Assembly: GCA_965207995.1 (NCBI GenBank)
Contig: CBDBNG010000001.1
Location: 89,954 to 153,953, forward strand
Reading direction: 5' to 3'
From: Dehalococcoidia bacterium
GTDB taxonomy: Bacteria > Chloroflexota > Dehalococcoidia > SHYB01
Length of the DNA: 64,000 bases
The notes beneath the pieces were generated by a model. The model was not told the DNA's origin and ran no database searches. It saw nothing but the letters and a program-made list of their open reading frames with translations. This document shows positions 19,390 through 27,940 of the stretch, piece by piece (the stretch's first letter is position 1; each line of letters begins with the position of its first letter). Position numbers and translations under genes: made by a program.

Positions 19390-20526
19390 CTAGTAGACGC
19401 CGGGAAGGATCCGATACGGGACGCGCGCCTTGTACTCTTCCCACTTCTCGGGGCCGTATTTCTCGGCGCAGTGCTTATCGTCGCCATGTTGCCGGAAGGT
19501 GAAGAAGGTGACGATGAAGATCATGTAGGTCCAGGCCCAGAGGACGCCGAAGTGGCCGAATGACAAGGCGACGGAGAGGCAAAGGAGCCCCTCGCCGAAG
19601 TAGTTGAAGTGGCGGGCTGCGCCCCAGAGTCCGCTGCAGAGGATCTTGCGGTCGCCGGCCTCGATGTACTTGGGCTCGATGATCCCGAGGAACTTGCGGT
19701 CGGGCCAGCGTTTGAACGTGTACTTTTGCAGGTTGGCGCCGCGCCCGATGCTCCAGCCGACGAGGAACAACGCGGCCGTCCCGATGAGCCAGACATACGT
19801 CCACGCCGTCGAGAAGCCGGGGTCCGGGTAGGCGGCCATGCCCCACAGCGGGAGGATGTACAGCCACCCGTAGACGATGAGGCCGCCCCAGATCAACATG
19901 AAGCCGAGCCGCTCGTGGATCAGGTCGTAGGTGTAAAGCTGGACGCGCTCGAAGATGAAGTAGTCGAAGATGTAGAAGGTGAAGAAGGCGGCGTACATGT
20001 AGACGCCGGGGTTGGCGTCGGCGCCAAACACGTCGTGGTGGTAGGCGGCGCCGGAGAGGGCGTTGAGCGCCAGCATTGTCCCGCCGACGACATAGAGGTA
20101 CATCTTGACGTCGAAGCGGTCCTTGAAGAACGTGAGCTCCTGGGCCCGCCCGAACCAGAGCGCCGCGATCGGGTTCTTAACCGCTCCCTGCGGTTGGGTG
20201 AACACCGCGATGATCGAAAGGGCAAGAGCGAGGGCCGTGCCGCCGGCCAGGGCATAGACCGCGGAGCGGAAGAACCAGTCCCGCGGCCCGATGAGCTCGA
20301 AAGCCCACAGAAGCACCGCCAGGACGAAGACGAGGATGCCGTTTAGCCGGTACTTGCGGGGCGCGCCGGTCTCCGGGTTGACGACGTAGCCGGGGACCGA
20401 CCTTCCCGGCAGAATGACCTGCGCGAGGAAGAACGCGGCGCAGACCGCCAGCGGGGTCAGGAACCCCGCAACCGCTTCCCACCCGGACAGTTCGAAGAGG
20501 TGCTCGATCCCAAGCCATTCAGTCAT
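19390..20526 (-). CDS. ERG4/ERG24 family sterol reductase (integral membrane)
   Basis: DLIHERLGFMLIWG, ANLQKYTFK, LWGAARHFNYFGE, DDKHCAEKYG..W..Y...VPYRILPGVY; many hydrophobic segments. Confidence 0.9.
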   Translation of the reverse strand: MTEWLGIEHLFELSGWEAVAGFLTPLAVCAAFFLAQVILPGRSVPGYVVNPETGAPRKYRLNGILVFVLAVLLWAFELIGPRDWFFRSAVYALAGGTALALALSIIAVFTQPQGAVKNPIAALWFGRAQELTFFKDRFDVKMYLYVVGGTMLALNALSGAAYHHDVFGADANPGVYMYAAFFTFYIFDYFIFERVQLYTYDLIHERLGFMLIWGGLIVYGWLYILPLWGMAAYPDPGFSTAWTYVWLIGTAALFLVGWSIGRGANLQKYTFKRWPDRKFLGIIEPKYIEAGDRKILCSGLWGAARHFNYFGEGLLCLSVALSFGHFGVLWAWTYMIFIVTFFTFRQHGDDKHCAEKYGPEKWEEYKARVPYRILPGVY

Positions 20527-20630
20527 GACCGACGCCTCCTTCCTTCAGTGACGCGGGCGTTGCGGATGCGGGCACGGAGAATATCACACAGGGAAGCAAC
20601 GGGCATGACCGCAGGGACGGCGCCGTGCCG

Positions 20631-21080
20631 CTACCCCACCTTGGTGCCGGGGTGGAGGAGCGACTCCCCGCGTAGGAAGTCGTAGCGCATCAGCCGGTCG
20701 ACGATCAGCCATTGCCCGTCACGCCGTTGGAGCTTGTCGAGGTAGCGGATGCCGATGACGTACTCCTGCTCCTCGCCGTCCTTGTCGTAGTAGTGGCGGG
20801 CGACGGCGTAGGTCTCGGCGTCGGCGTCGTCGCCGTTGATCCAGGCGATGTGGTTGCCCATGAAGTGGTAGGTGCGCTTGTAGACGGCGACGCGGCTGGT
20901 CGAAGCGATGATGGTGTCGCGGCCGTTCTGCTCGAGGCGAGGCGGCGACCTGAAGCGGGCGTCCTCGGCGTAGACGCCGGTGAGCGCGTCCCAGTCGCGG
21001 CGGTCGATGGCGCGGTAGTAGGAGGCCAGCACGTCCCGGATGGCGAGCCGGTCGATCAAGTGTTGGACGTCGTCGCTCAT
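20631..21080 (-). CDS. SnoaL/NTF2-like protein
   Basis: DRLAIRDVLASYYRAIDRRDW, HFMGNH, RYLDKLQRRDGQW. Confidence 0.88.
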   Translation of the reverse strand: MSDDVQHLIDRLAIRDVLASYYRAIDRRDWDALTGVYAEDARFRSPPRLEQNGRDTIIASTSRVAVYKRTYHFMGNHIAWINGDDADAETYAVARHYYDKDGEEQEYVIGIRYLDKLQRRDGQWLIVDRLMRYDFLRGESLLHPGTKVG

Positions 21081-21110
21081 GGGTGGGCCTCGGGGCGGGA
21101 GTTGAGCGGA

Positions 21111-21178
21111 ATCGTAGGAAGGCGGCGCGGGCCTGTCAATCGCGCAACAGGAAGGAAAGGCCGTCCCCTTGCTATAAT
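21111..21178. promoter_or_regulatory. Divergent promoters
   Basis: Minus: TTGACA(21139-21134)-17-TACGAT; plus: TGcTATAAT (21170-21178). Confidence 0.6.
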
Positions 21179-21213
21179 GGGCGTGTCCTCACCCCTTTGT
21201 CCGGAGCGTTTCG

Positions 21214-21819
21214 GTGTCCGACGAAATCAAGAGCGCCTTCGAGAAGGCGATGGAGAAGGTCGAGAGCATGAACCTTGCTCCTCCCACGGAGGAGGAGCGG
21301 CTCTCGTGGGAAGCAGCGCCCAAGGGGCGCAAGATCGCCGCCGCCTACCTCAAGGGCGAGGAGACGCTGAACTCGGCGATTGCCGAGGCCGACGCCAAGG
21401 AGCGGCCCTACATGATCGAGGGCGCCGTCGAGGTGCTCACCGCGAGCATCCAGCTGCCCAAGCACGAGGCCGCGGAGCGGGAGACGGCGCGGGCGTTGAG
21501 CGGCATCAAGAGCCTGCTCGCTGGCGCCCCCGGCGTCCAGGAGGTGGCCGAGCGCGTCTCCTACGTCGGCGAGCAGTTCAAGACCTACGGCGAGCAGCAG
21601 CGCCAGCAGGCAATGCAGCAGCTGAAACAGCAGTTCACCGCGCAGTTGGAGCAGGTGATGCGCCAGCGGGGCGCGTCGGGCCCGCCGCCGGGGAACATCG
21701 AGACGATGCCCGAGTTCCAGCAGGAGTGGATGCGCGTCCGGCTGCATCTCGACCAGCAGTACGAGGGGCACCTCGAAGGCTACCGCAACGAGATCCGGGC
21801 CCTGGCGAAGAAGCGCTAG
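21214..21819 (+). CDS. Hypothetical helical protein (DUF6657-like)
   Basis: N-terminal EIKSAFEKAMEK, Q/E-rich C-terminus, GC3-rich codons. Confidence 0.7.
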   Translation: MSDEIKSAFEKAMEKVESMNLAPPTEEERLSWEAAPKGRKIAAAYLKGEETLNSAIAEADAKERPYMIEGAVEVLTASIQLPKHEAAERETARALSGIKSLLAGAPGVQEVAERVSYVGEQFKTYGEQQRQQAMQQLKQQFTAQLEQVMRQRGASGPPPGNIETMPEFQQEWMRVRLHLDQQYEGHLEGYRNEIRALAKKR

Positions 21820-21820
21820 C

Positions 21821-22534
21821 TTGTCGAACGAAGACGAACGCATCATCGCCGCCCTGGAGCAATCGAGGGTGGTGCGTCCCCCCAAGCAGCAGTTGGCGAC
21901 CTTCGGCGTCACCAACCTTCGGTACTTCATGGTCACCGAGCCGGTCTACCGCGAGCTCGCCGGAGGCGACGCCGAGTCGGTGCTGCGGGAGGGCAAGTTG
22001 ATCTCGCGGCAGCCCGAGGTGGTGACGCCCTCGTACCTGATGAACGTGCAGGGCTTCGGCGACGAGGCGCAGCGCATGTTCCGGATGCTCGCCTCGCAGC
22101 TTGGGCCGAGCTCGCCGGGCCTGATGTACTCCTACCGCAACGAGTCAGAGAAGATGGACATCCTGAGCGGCGACCCCGACGGCGTGGCCGAGCGGGTCAA
22201 GGATGACCTCGACCGCAAGCAGGAGAGCCTGGCCGTCGTGCTGCGGGGGCCGGACGAGCTGTGGGACGTCGCTTTGCTGAAGTTCATCTATGAGTACACC
22301 GCGGCCTCGGCTCCCGGTAATGTGGGCGAACTTGAGGATCGCGGCATGCTCCAGCCCGATCCCCGATTCGGGCTCCCCCGCGCCGCCGTGGAGAGCATCG
22401 AGACGATGTTCCGGCGCCTGGAGTCGCGCCGCGACGGGGACCCGCAGGAACTCAAGGAAGAGCTCGACCGGTGGGGCGTCTTCGACCGGTACGAAGACCG
22501 CTTCCTTGCGCTCTTCCGCCGCCGCTTCTTCTAG
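21821..22534 (+). CDS. Hypothetical protein
   Basis: RPPKQQLATFGVT..YF.VTEP, ELDRWGVFDRYEDRF; starts 1 nt after upstream stop. Confidence 0.75.
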   Translation: MSNEDERIIAALEQSRVVRPPKQQLATFGVTNLRYFMVTEPVYRELAGGDAESVLREGKLISRQPEVVTPSYLMNVQGFGDEAQRMFRMLASQLGPSSPGLMYSYRNESEKMDILSGDPDGVAERVKDDLDRKQESLAVVLRGPDELWDVALLKFIYEYTAASAPGNVGELEDRGMLQPDPRFGLPRAAVESIETMFRRLESRRDGDPQELKEELDRWGVFDRYEDRFLALFRRRFF

Positions 22535-22555
22535 GGCGGCGCCCCGCGCCCTCGG

Positions 22556-23395
22556 CTACGCCTCGACGGGGCGGAGGATGTGGCGTCCCCGCTCGTTGAG
22601 GTCCAGGTAGCCCGCCTTGTGCTCGATCTCGTGATCGAAGAGGACCAGCCACTGCTCGTCGTAGGCCCGCGTCAGGAGGTCGCGCTTCGCGTTGAGGGTG
22701 TCGATGGGGTAGAGGTCGAAGCTCTGGGCGTAGGGCATGGGCAGGTGAGCGGCCGAGGGGATGAGGTCGCCGAAGAAGCAGGCCTTCCGCCCTTCGACTT
22801 CGAGGAGGACGATCTGGTGCCCCGCGGTGTGGCCGCCGGTGCGCTTGCAGTGGACGCCGGGCACGATTTCGGTGTCGCCGTCCAGGAGCTCAAGCTGGCG
22901 GTTTCCTTCGAGGGGTGCGAGGTCGGCCTCAAAGTAGCCCGCGCCGTTGCGCTCGTTGGGGTGGGTGGCCTCCTCCCAGTCGGCCCGCTGCGCGAGGTAC
23001 TGGGCGTTGGGGAAGGTCGTGGCGAGCGCGCCGGTGGGGGTGGTGTAGGTGGCGCCGCCGGCGTGGTCGAAGTGCAGGTGGCTGAAGACGACGTAGTCGA
23101 CGTCGGCGGGCTCGAGACCGTGGCCGCGCAGCTCGTCGAGGAGCCGTCCCGCCTTCATGACGAACTGGTTCTGGAGCTTCTCGGGATGCTTCAGGCCGAG
23201 GCCGGTATCGACGACGATGTTCTTGCCGCCGGCGCGGATGAGGGGGCAGTTGATGTCGAGGGTGACGCGGTTGCGCTCGTCGGGGGGCGCCCCTCGCTCC
23301 CACAGGACGCGGGGCACGACGCCGAAGTAGGCGCCGCCGTCGATCCGCATCGAGCCGTCGATCAGGAAGTCGAATTGGAGATCGCCGATGCGCAT
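22556..23395 (-). CDS. MBL-fold metallo-hydrolase (YtnP-like)
   Basis: DGGAYFGVVPR, SHLHFDHAGG, GGHTAGH; TATAAT at 23425-23420 and GGGAGG RBS. Confidence 0.92.
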   Translation of the reverse strand: MRIGDLQFDFLIDGSMRIDGGAYFGVVPRVLWERGAPPDERNRVTLDINCPLIRAGGKNIVVDTGLGLKHPEKLQNQFVMKAGRLLDELRGHGLEPADVDYVVFSHLHFDHAGGATYTTPTGALATTFPNAQYLAQRADWEEATHPNERNGAGYFEADLAPLEGNRQLELLDGDTEIVPGVHCKRTGGHTAGHQIVLLEVEGRKACFFGDLIPSAAHLPMPYAQSFDLYPIDTLNAKRDLLTRAYDEQWLVLFDHEIEHKAGYLDLNERGRHILRPVEA

Positions 23396-23656
23396 GGTGC
23401 CCCTCCCGCCTTTGCTCCCATTATAGGAGCGTTGCGTGGCCCGCCGCGGGAGACACCGCCCCGCAACCCGCCCGCAGGCTCGAACGGCCTGCCCACGGCC
23501 TCCCTAGACGGCCGTCCTGCTCGGGCGCGCTCCGAGCAAGACGGCCTAGGGGCCGATCCGGCGTTCTCTCGCCACGCCCATGCACTGTTAGAGGCAGTGC
23601 CTTCGCCCCCTCTAAGGGCGGACTGGTGGCCGGTGGACCGCCATTGTGGGCCCGCG

Positions 23657-23707
23657 AGAACATGCGTTCGCTATCGTTAGATTAGCAGCGGCGACGCGGG
23701 CCGTCAA
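23657..23707 (-). promoter_or_regulatory. Second promoter with LexA-type SOS box
   Basis: Minus strand TTGACG-17-TAATCT (extended TGn), then CGAAC-GCAT-GTTCT at 23670-23657. Confidence 0.72.
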
Positions 23708-23757
23708 AGGGCGCGTGTCACAGTTGCCGCCACAGGAATGGAGAGGCCGGAGGGGAC

Positions 23758-23782
23758 GGGCGACTCGCGAGTCGCCCCTACA
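23758..23782 (-). repeat. GTAG-type REP palindrome
   Basis: Minus strand TGTAG-GGGCGACTC-gc-GAGTCGCCC. Confidence 0.85.
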
Positions 23783-23802
23783 GGGGAGGGGCGCGCCCCG
23801 CT

Positions 23803-23934
23803 CCACTCCCCGCCCTCACCCCAACCCTCTCCCAGCGGGAGAGGGGGAGACCGCGCCGCGCGTGCCCGCCCTCAGTCCCTCCGAGAGGGAGGGAGGTTTA
23901 AGGTGGTTCCTCCCAGAGGGGGAGAGGTTAAAGG
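23803..23934 (+). repeat. Cluster of CCCTC...GGGAGAGG palindromic repeats
   Basis: CCCTCACCCCAACCCTCTCCCAGCGGGAGAGGG, CCCGCCCTCAGTCCCTCCGAGAGGGAGGGAGG, CCTCCCAGAGGGGGAGAGG. Confidence 0.8.
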
Positions 23935-23975
23935 CAAGCCCGATGAAGAGGGGCCGAGCGCGGTGGGAGGGTCGG

Positions 23976-24764
23976 TCAGAAGGTGTCGGCGTCGTCGTCG
24001 AACCATTTGCGGATGAGGTTGTTGAGGGAGCCGTCCGCCTTCATGGAGCTTATGGCTTCGTTGAGCTTGGCTTTTAGGTCGGTGTCGTCCTCGCGGAGGC
24101 CGATGCCGATGCCGGAGTCGAGCGGGACGCCGGGGCCGACGACGACCAGCCGTTCGCCATGCTCGGCGATGACGGTGTGAGCGAACTCGCGGTCGACGAG
24201 GGCGGCGTCCACCTCGCCGCTGAGGACGGCCTCGATCAGCTGTCCGACCAATTCGTATTCGACGAACGTTGCGCCGGAAGCCGACAAATAGTCGGCATGG
24301 ATGGTGGCCACTTGGGCCGCGATCTTGCCGTCCACCACTTCGTCGCCGGCCCCTGCCGCTGCCAGATAGACGGACGGGATTGGCGGGATGTACGGCTGCG
24401 TGAAGTCGATGACTTCGTCCCGCTCGGCGGTGATGCTCATGCCGGCGATGATGGTGTCGTACCTGCCGTCCATCAGGTTGCGGATGATGGTCTCCCAGGC
24501 GTTGGTGAACCACTCGCACTCCAGGTCGGCGCGGCGGCACAGCTCGTCGCCCAACTCCCGCTCGAAGCCGTCGACGTCGCCCTGGTCGTTGATGAAGTTG
24601 TAGGGAGGATAGGCGCCCTCGGTTCCCATCCGGACGGTGCCGTCACCGACGCACGAGGTCAGGAGGACAACCACGGCGGCCAATGCCGCCGCGGCGAGGA
24701 CATATCTCCACACGTTCAGCCGCTTGCCCATCGTTGCCATACCGGGCATCGCGTCACCGCCCAC
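23976..24764 (-). CDS. Amino-acid ABC transporter substrate-binding lipoprotein (orphan; start uncertain)
   Basis: Lipobox LLTSC, MGTEGAYPPYNF, AGMSITAER, IDFTQPY. Confidence 0.88.
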   Translation of the reverse strand: MGGDAMPGMATMGKRLNVWRYVLAAAALAAVVVLLTSCVGDGTVRMGTEGAYPPYNFINDQGDVDGFERELGDELCRRADLECEWFTNAWETIIRNLMDGRYDTIIAGMSITAERDEVIDFTQPYIPPIPSVYLAAAGAGDEVVDGKIAAQVATIHADYLSASGATFVEYELVGQLIEAVLSGEVDAALVDREFAHTVIAEHGERLVVVGPGVPLDSGIGIGLREDDTDLKAKLNEAISSMKADGSLNNLIRKWFDDDADTF

Positions 24765-24801
24765 ATCTCGGATGGAGAGATTCTACCCGACCGGCGGGGC
24801 C

Positions 24802-26115
24802 CTACGGGTCGCGGCCTTGTTCGCCGCGCCCCCACATGGGGTGGCGGAACGACGGGTTGGCGTCCGCATGCCACGAGCGTTGCACCGGCGCCGCTACGGC
24901 CTCCGCCAACTCCGCCATTGGTGCGGGAGACTGCTTCCGCATCGGCCAACTCGATCCCAGGGCGTTCAAATGGTGCGCCAAGTCCAGAAGCGCCGCCAAA
25001 TTGTGCACCGGCAGGAGGTCGTCGATGTACGGGGCCGCGGCCCGCATCCCCTGAGTTAATGGCTCATACTCCGCGCTTCCCGCCAGCGGGTTCAGCCAGA
25101 TCAAGCGCCGGCAACTCCGCCGCAGACGCGCCATCTCGTCGCTCAGCGCGCCGGGATCGCCGCGGTCCCAGCCGTCGGAGACGATGAGGACGATGGAGCC
25201 CCAGCCCAACGACCGGCGCGCCCACTTGAAGTTGAACTCCTTGAGCGCCGCCCCGATGCGCGTCCCGCCCGACCAGTCGGGGACCGCCTTGGCGACGTCG
25301 GCGACAGCCTGGTCGATGTCCCGCCGCCCCAACTGCTTGGTTACGCGGGTGAGCCGTGTCGCGAACAGAAAGGCCTCGACATGGTTCTCCAGCCCTCCGT
25401 AGAGGCTGTGGATGAAGTGGAGCAACATCCGCGTGTAGCGCTCCATCGAGCCGCTCACGTCGCAGATCACGACGAGCCGGCGCGGCTTCTCCTTCCGCCG
25501 CCGGCGCTTTAGGTGGAGGAGCTCGCCACCCGACTGCGTGCTCTCCCGCAACGTCCGGCGCAGGTCGAGCCACGGGCCCCTTCCCCGCTCCTTGCGCCGG
25601 GCGCGCCGGACGCCGGGGTTCCAGTCGAGCGAGGCTAGGAACAGCCTTGCTTGGGCCATCTCGCCCGGAGTGAACTCCGCGAAGTCCTTCTGGCGCAGCA
25701 CCTCGCGCACGCTGAAGGTCTGCGTCAGGTCGATCCGGTCGTAGCCCTCTTCTGAGTCCGCTTCCTCCGCATTCGAGCCGGCATCCGACTGCCCCAGCGG
25801 AGGCGGTCCCGCCTCGACCCTGCGGTAGCGGCGCTGCTCGCCCATCGAGCGCAGGTCGAGCGACGACATCCTGTCCTTGCGTTGACGCCAGAAGACGTCG
25901 AAGGCCTCGTCGAAGACGGGAAGGTCTTCCCTGCGGTGGACCAGGAGGGTGCGCAGCGCCGCCCGGACGTCCGCGCGGCGCGAGACGCCGATCTCTTCCA
26001 GCACGCGGATTGCGTCGAGCATCCGTCCAGAGTGGACGTCGAGGCCGAGGCGGCGCAGGAGGCGGCCGAAGAGCAGGAGGTTGTGGAGGAGGTGGCCGGC
26101 TTCGCCGCTAGCCAC
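24802..26115 (-). CDS. coxE: CoxE-like VWA domain protein
   Basis: DVSGSM, FATRLTRVT, WSGGTRIG, SDGWDRG, LIWLNP; GTG overlaps coxD stop region. Confidence 0.9.
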   Translation of the reverse strand: MASGEAGHLLHNLLLFGRLLRRLGLDVHSGRMLDAIRVLEEIGVSRRADVRAALRTLLVHRREDLPVFDEAFDVFWRQRKDRMSSLDLRSMGEQRRYRRVEAGPPPLGQSDAGSNAEEADSEEGYDRIDLTQTFSVREVLRQKDFAEFTPGEMAQARLFLASLDWNPGVRRARRKERGRGPWLDLRRTLRESTQSGGELLHLKRRRRKEKPRRLVVICDVSGSMERYTRMLLHFIHSLYGGLENHVEAFLFATRLTRVTKQLGRRDIDQAVADVAKAVPDWSGGTRIGAALKEFNFKWARRSLGWGSIVLIVSDGWDRGDPGALSDEMARLRRSCRRLIWLNPLAGSAEYEPLTQGMRAAAPYIDDLLPVHNLAALLDLAHHLNALGSSWPMRKQSPAPMAELAEAVAAPVQRSWHADANPSFRHPMWGRGEQGRDP

Positions 26116-27043
26116 GCCGGCCCCCGCGCCGGATCCCGCGGTGCAGCGCGCGGTTGAGGATCGCCCGGGTCTGCTCGCCGCGCACCGCCTGGACGTCCTC
26201 GCGGTACTTGAGCATGACGCCGAGGGTGTCGTCGATGACCGACGGGCTGAGCTCACGCTCGTTCAGGCTCACCAGGGCCGCCGTCCAGTCGAGCGTCTCG
26301 GCGACGCCGGGCACCTTGTACAGCTCCGTTCCCCGAAGCTCTTGGACGAAGGCGGTGACCTGCTCCGCCAGCTTCTGCTCGGCCTCAGGGACCTTGCTGC
26401 GCACGATCTGCATTTCCTTCTGGAGGTCGGGGTAGTCGATCCAGTAGTAGAGGCAGCGGCGCTTCAGCGCGTCGTGTATTTCGCGCGTCCGGTTCGAGGT
26501 GATTACGACGATCGGCGGCTCGTCCGCCGTGTAGGTGCCCACTTCCGGGACGGTGATCTGGAAGTCGGCGAGCATCTCCAGGAGGTAGCCCTCGAACTCT
26601 TCGTCGGCGCGGTCGAGCTCGTCGATTAGGAGGACGGTCGGGCCTGAGCCCTCAAGCGCCTGCAGGAGCGGCCGCTTGATGAGGAACTCTTCGCTAAAGA
26701 GCTCGCGTTCGGCGTCCTTCCGGTCTACGCCGCCCTCGGCTTCGAGCAGGCGGATGTGCAGCAGCTGGCGCGAGTAGTTCCACTCGTAGACCGCCTGGGT
26801 GACGTCCAGCCCCTCGTAGCACTGGAGCCGGATGAGGCGAGCCCCGAGCGCGGAGGCGAGGGCGCGCGCGACTTCCGTCTTGCCGACGCCGGCCTCGCCT
26901 TCGAGGAAAAGCGGACGCCGCAGCCGCAAGGCGAGGTAGATGGACATCGCCAAGGCGCGGTCGGCGACGTACAACTCCTTCTGCAGCGTCGCCTGCAGGG
27001 CGTCGACCGACGCCGGCATGGAGGCGGTGGGCGTTTGCGTCAA
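26108..27043 (-). CDS. coxD: CoxD/MoxR AAA+ ATPase
   Basis: EGEAGVGKT, RLQCYEGLD, LLIDELDRAD, TSNRTREIHDALKRRC. Confidence 0.92.
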   Translation of the reverse strand: MTQTPTASMPASVDALQATLQKELYVADRALAMSIYLALRLRRPLFLEGEAGVGKTEVARALASALGARLIRLQCYEGLDVTQAVYEWNYSRQLLHIRLLEAEGGVDRKDAERELFSEEFLIKRPLLQALEGSGPTVLLIDELDRADEEFEGYLLEMLADFQITVPEVGTYTADEPPIVVITSNRTREIHDALKRRCLYYWIDYPDLQKEMQIVRSKVPEAEQKLAEQVTAFVQELRGTELYKVPGVAETLDWTAALVSLNERELSPSVIDDTLGVMLKYREDVQAVRGEQTRAILNRALHRGIRRGGRRG

Positions 27044-27071
27044 GGTCAGCGACCTTCTTGCAACGGAAGCC

Positions 27072-27938
27072 CTAGCCCGCCCGCGCGGCGGCGGCCGCGA
27101 TGGCGCGGCGCACGTAGACTTCGGCCATGGCCTTACGGTAGTCCGCCGAGGCGAAGATGTCGCTCATCGGGTCGCCGCCGAGGTCGTTCGCTACGGCCGC
27201 CGCGGCCGCGTCGAGCGCCGCACTGCCCAAGTCCGACCCCACCAGCGCCTGCTCGACGGACGTGGCCCGTACCGGTGTCGCCTCGACGCCACCGACGACG
27301 ACGCTCGCTGATGAACATCGGCCACCGTCGACGGACACGATCGCCGCCGCTCCGACCACCGCGTAGCGGGAGGCCGGGTGGGGGAACTTGACGTAAGCCG
27401 AGCCGGAGCCGGACGGGACGGCGGGGACCGACACGCTGGTGAGGATCTCGTTCTCTTCGAGTACGTTCTCCAGCAGGCCCGTCGTGAAGTCGGACGCCGC
27501 GATGCCGCGCTCGCCGCCGGGGCCGGTGACGTTGAACGTGGCGCCCAGCGCCTGCAGCGCGGTCGGCGGGTCGGAGGCGGGGTCGCCGTGGGTGACGTTT
27601 CCGCCGATGGTGCCGCGGTTGCGCACGGCGGGGTCTCCCACCACGCCCGCCGCCTCGGCGAGGAGCGGGGCGCGCTCCCGCACGAGGCCGGACGCGGCGA
27701 TCTCCGCGTGCGTGGTCAATGCGCCGATGGAGAGGCCGTCGCCGTCGGCGGTGACGCCCTTCAGGGCGTCGATGTGGCCGATGTCGACGAGCACCACAGG
27801 CCCGGCGAGCCGCAGCTTCATCAACGGGATGAGGCTATGCCCGCCGGCGAGCAGCTTGGCGCCCTCGTTGCCGGCGAGCGCCTGCACCGCCTCGGCCACC
27901 GAGTTGGCGCGTTGGTAGGTTGTCTGTGCCGGATACAT
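27072..27938 (-). CDS. coxM: Molybdenum hydroxylase FAD subunit (CoxM-like)
   Basis: LAGGHSLIPLMKLR, VRNRGTIGGN, SADYR. Confidence 0.92.
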   Translation of the reverse strand: MYPAQTTYQRANSVAEAVQALAGNEGAKLLAGGHSLIPLMKLRLAGPVVLVDIGHIDALKGVTADGDGLSIGALTTHAEIAASGLVRERAPLLAEAAGVVGDPAVRNRGTIGGNVTHGDPASDPPTALQALGATFNVTGPGGERGIAASDFTTGLLENVLEENEILTSVSVPAVPSGSGSAYVKFPHPASRYAVVGAAAIVSVDGGRCSSASVVVGGVEATPVRATSVEQALVGSDLGSAALDAAAAAVANDLGGDPMSDIFASADYRKAMAEVYVRRAIAAAAARAG

Positions 27939-27940
27939 GC

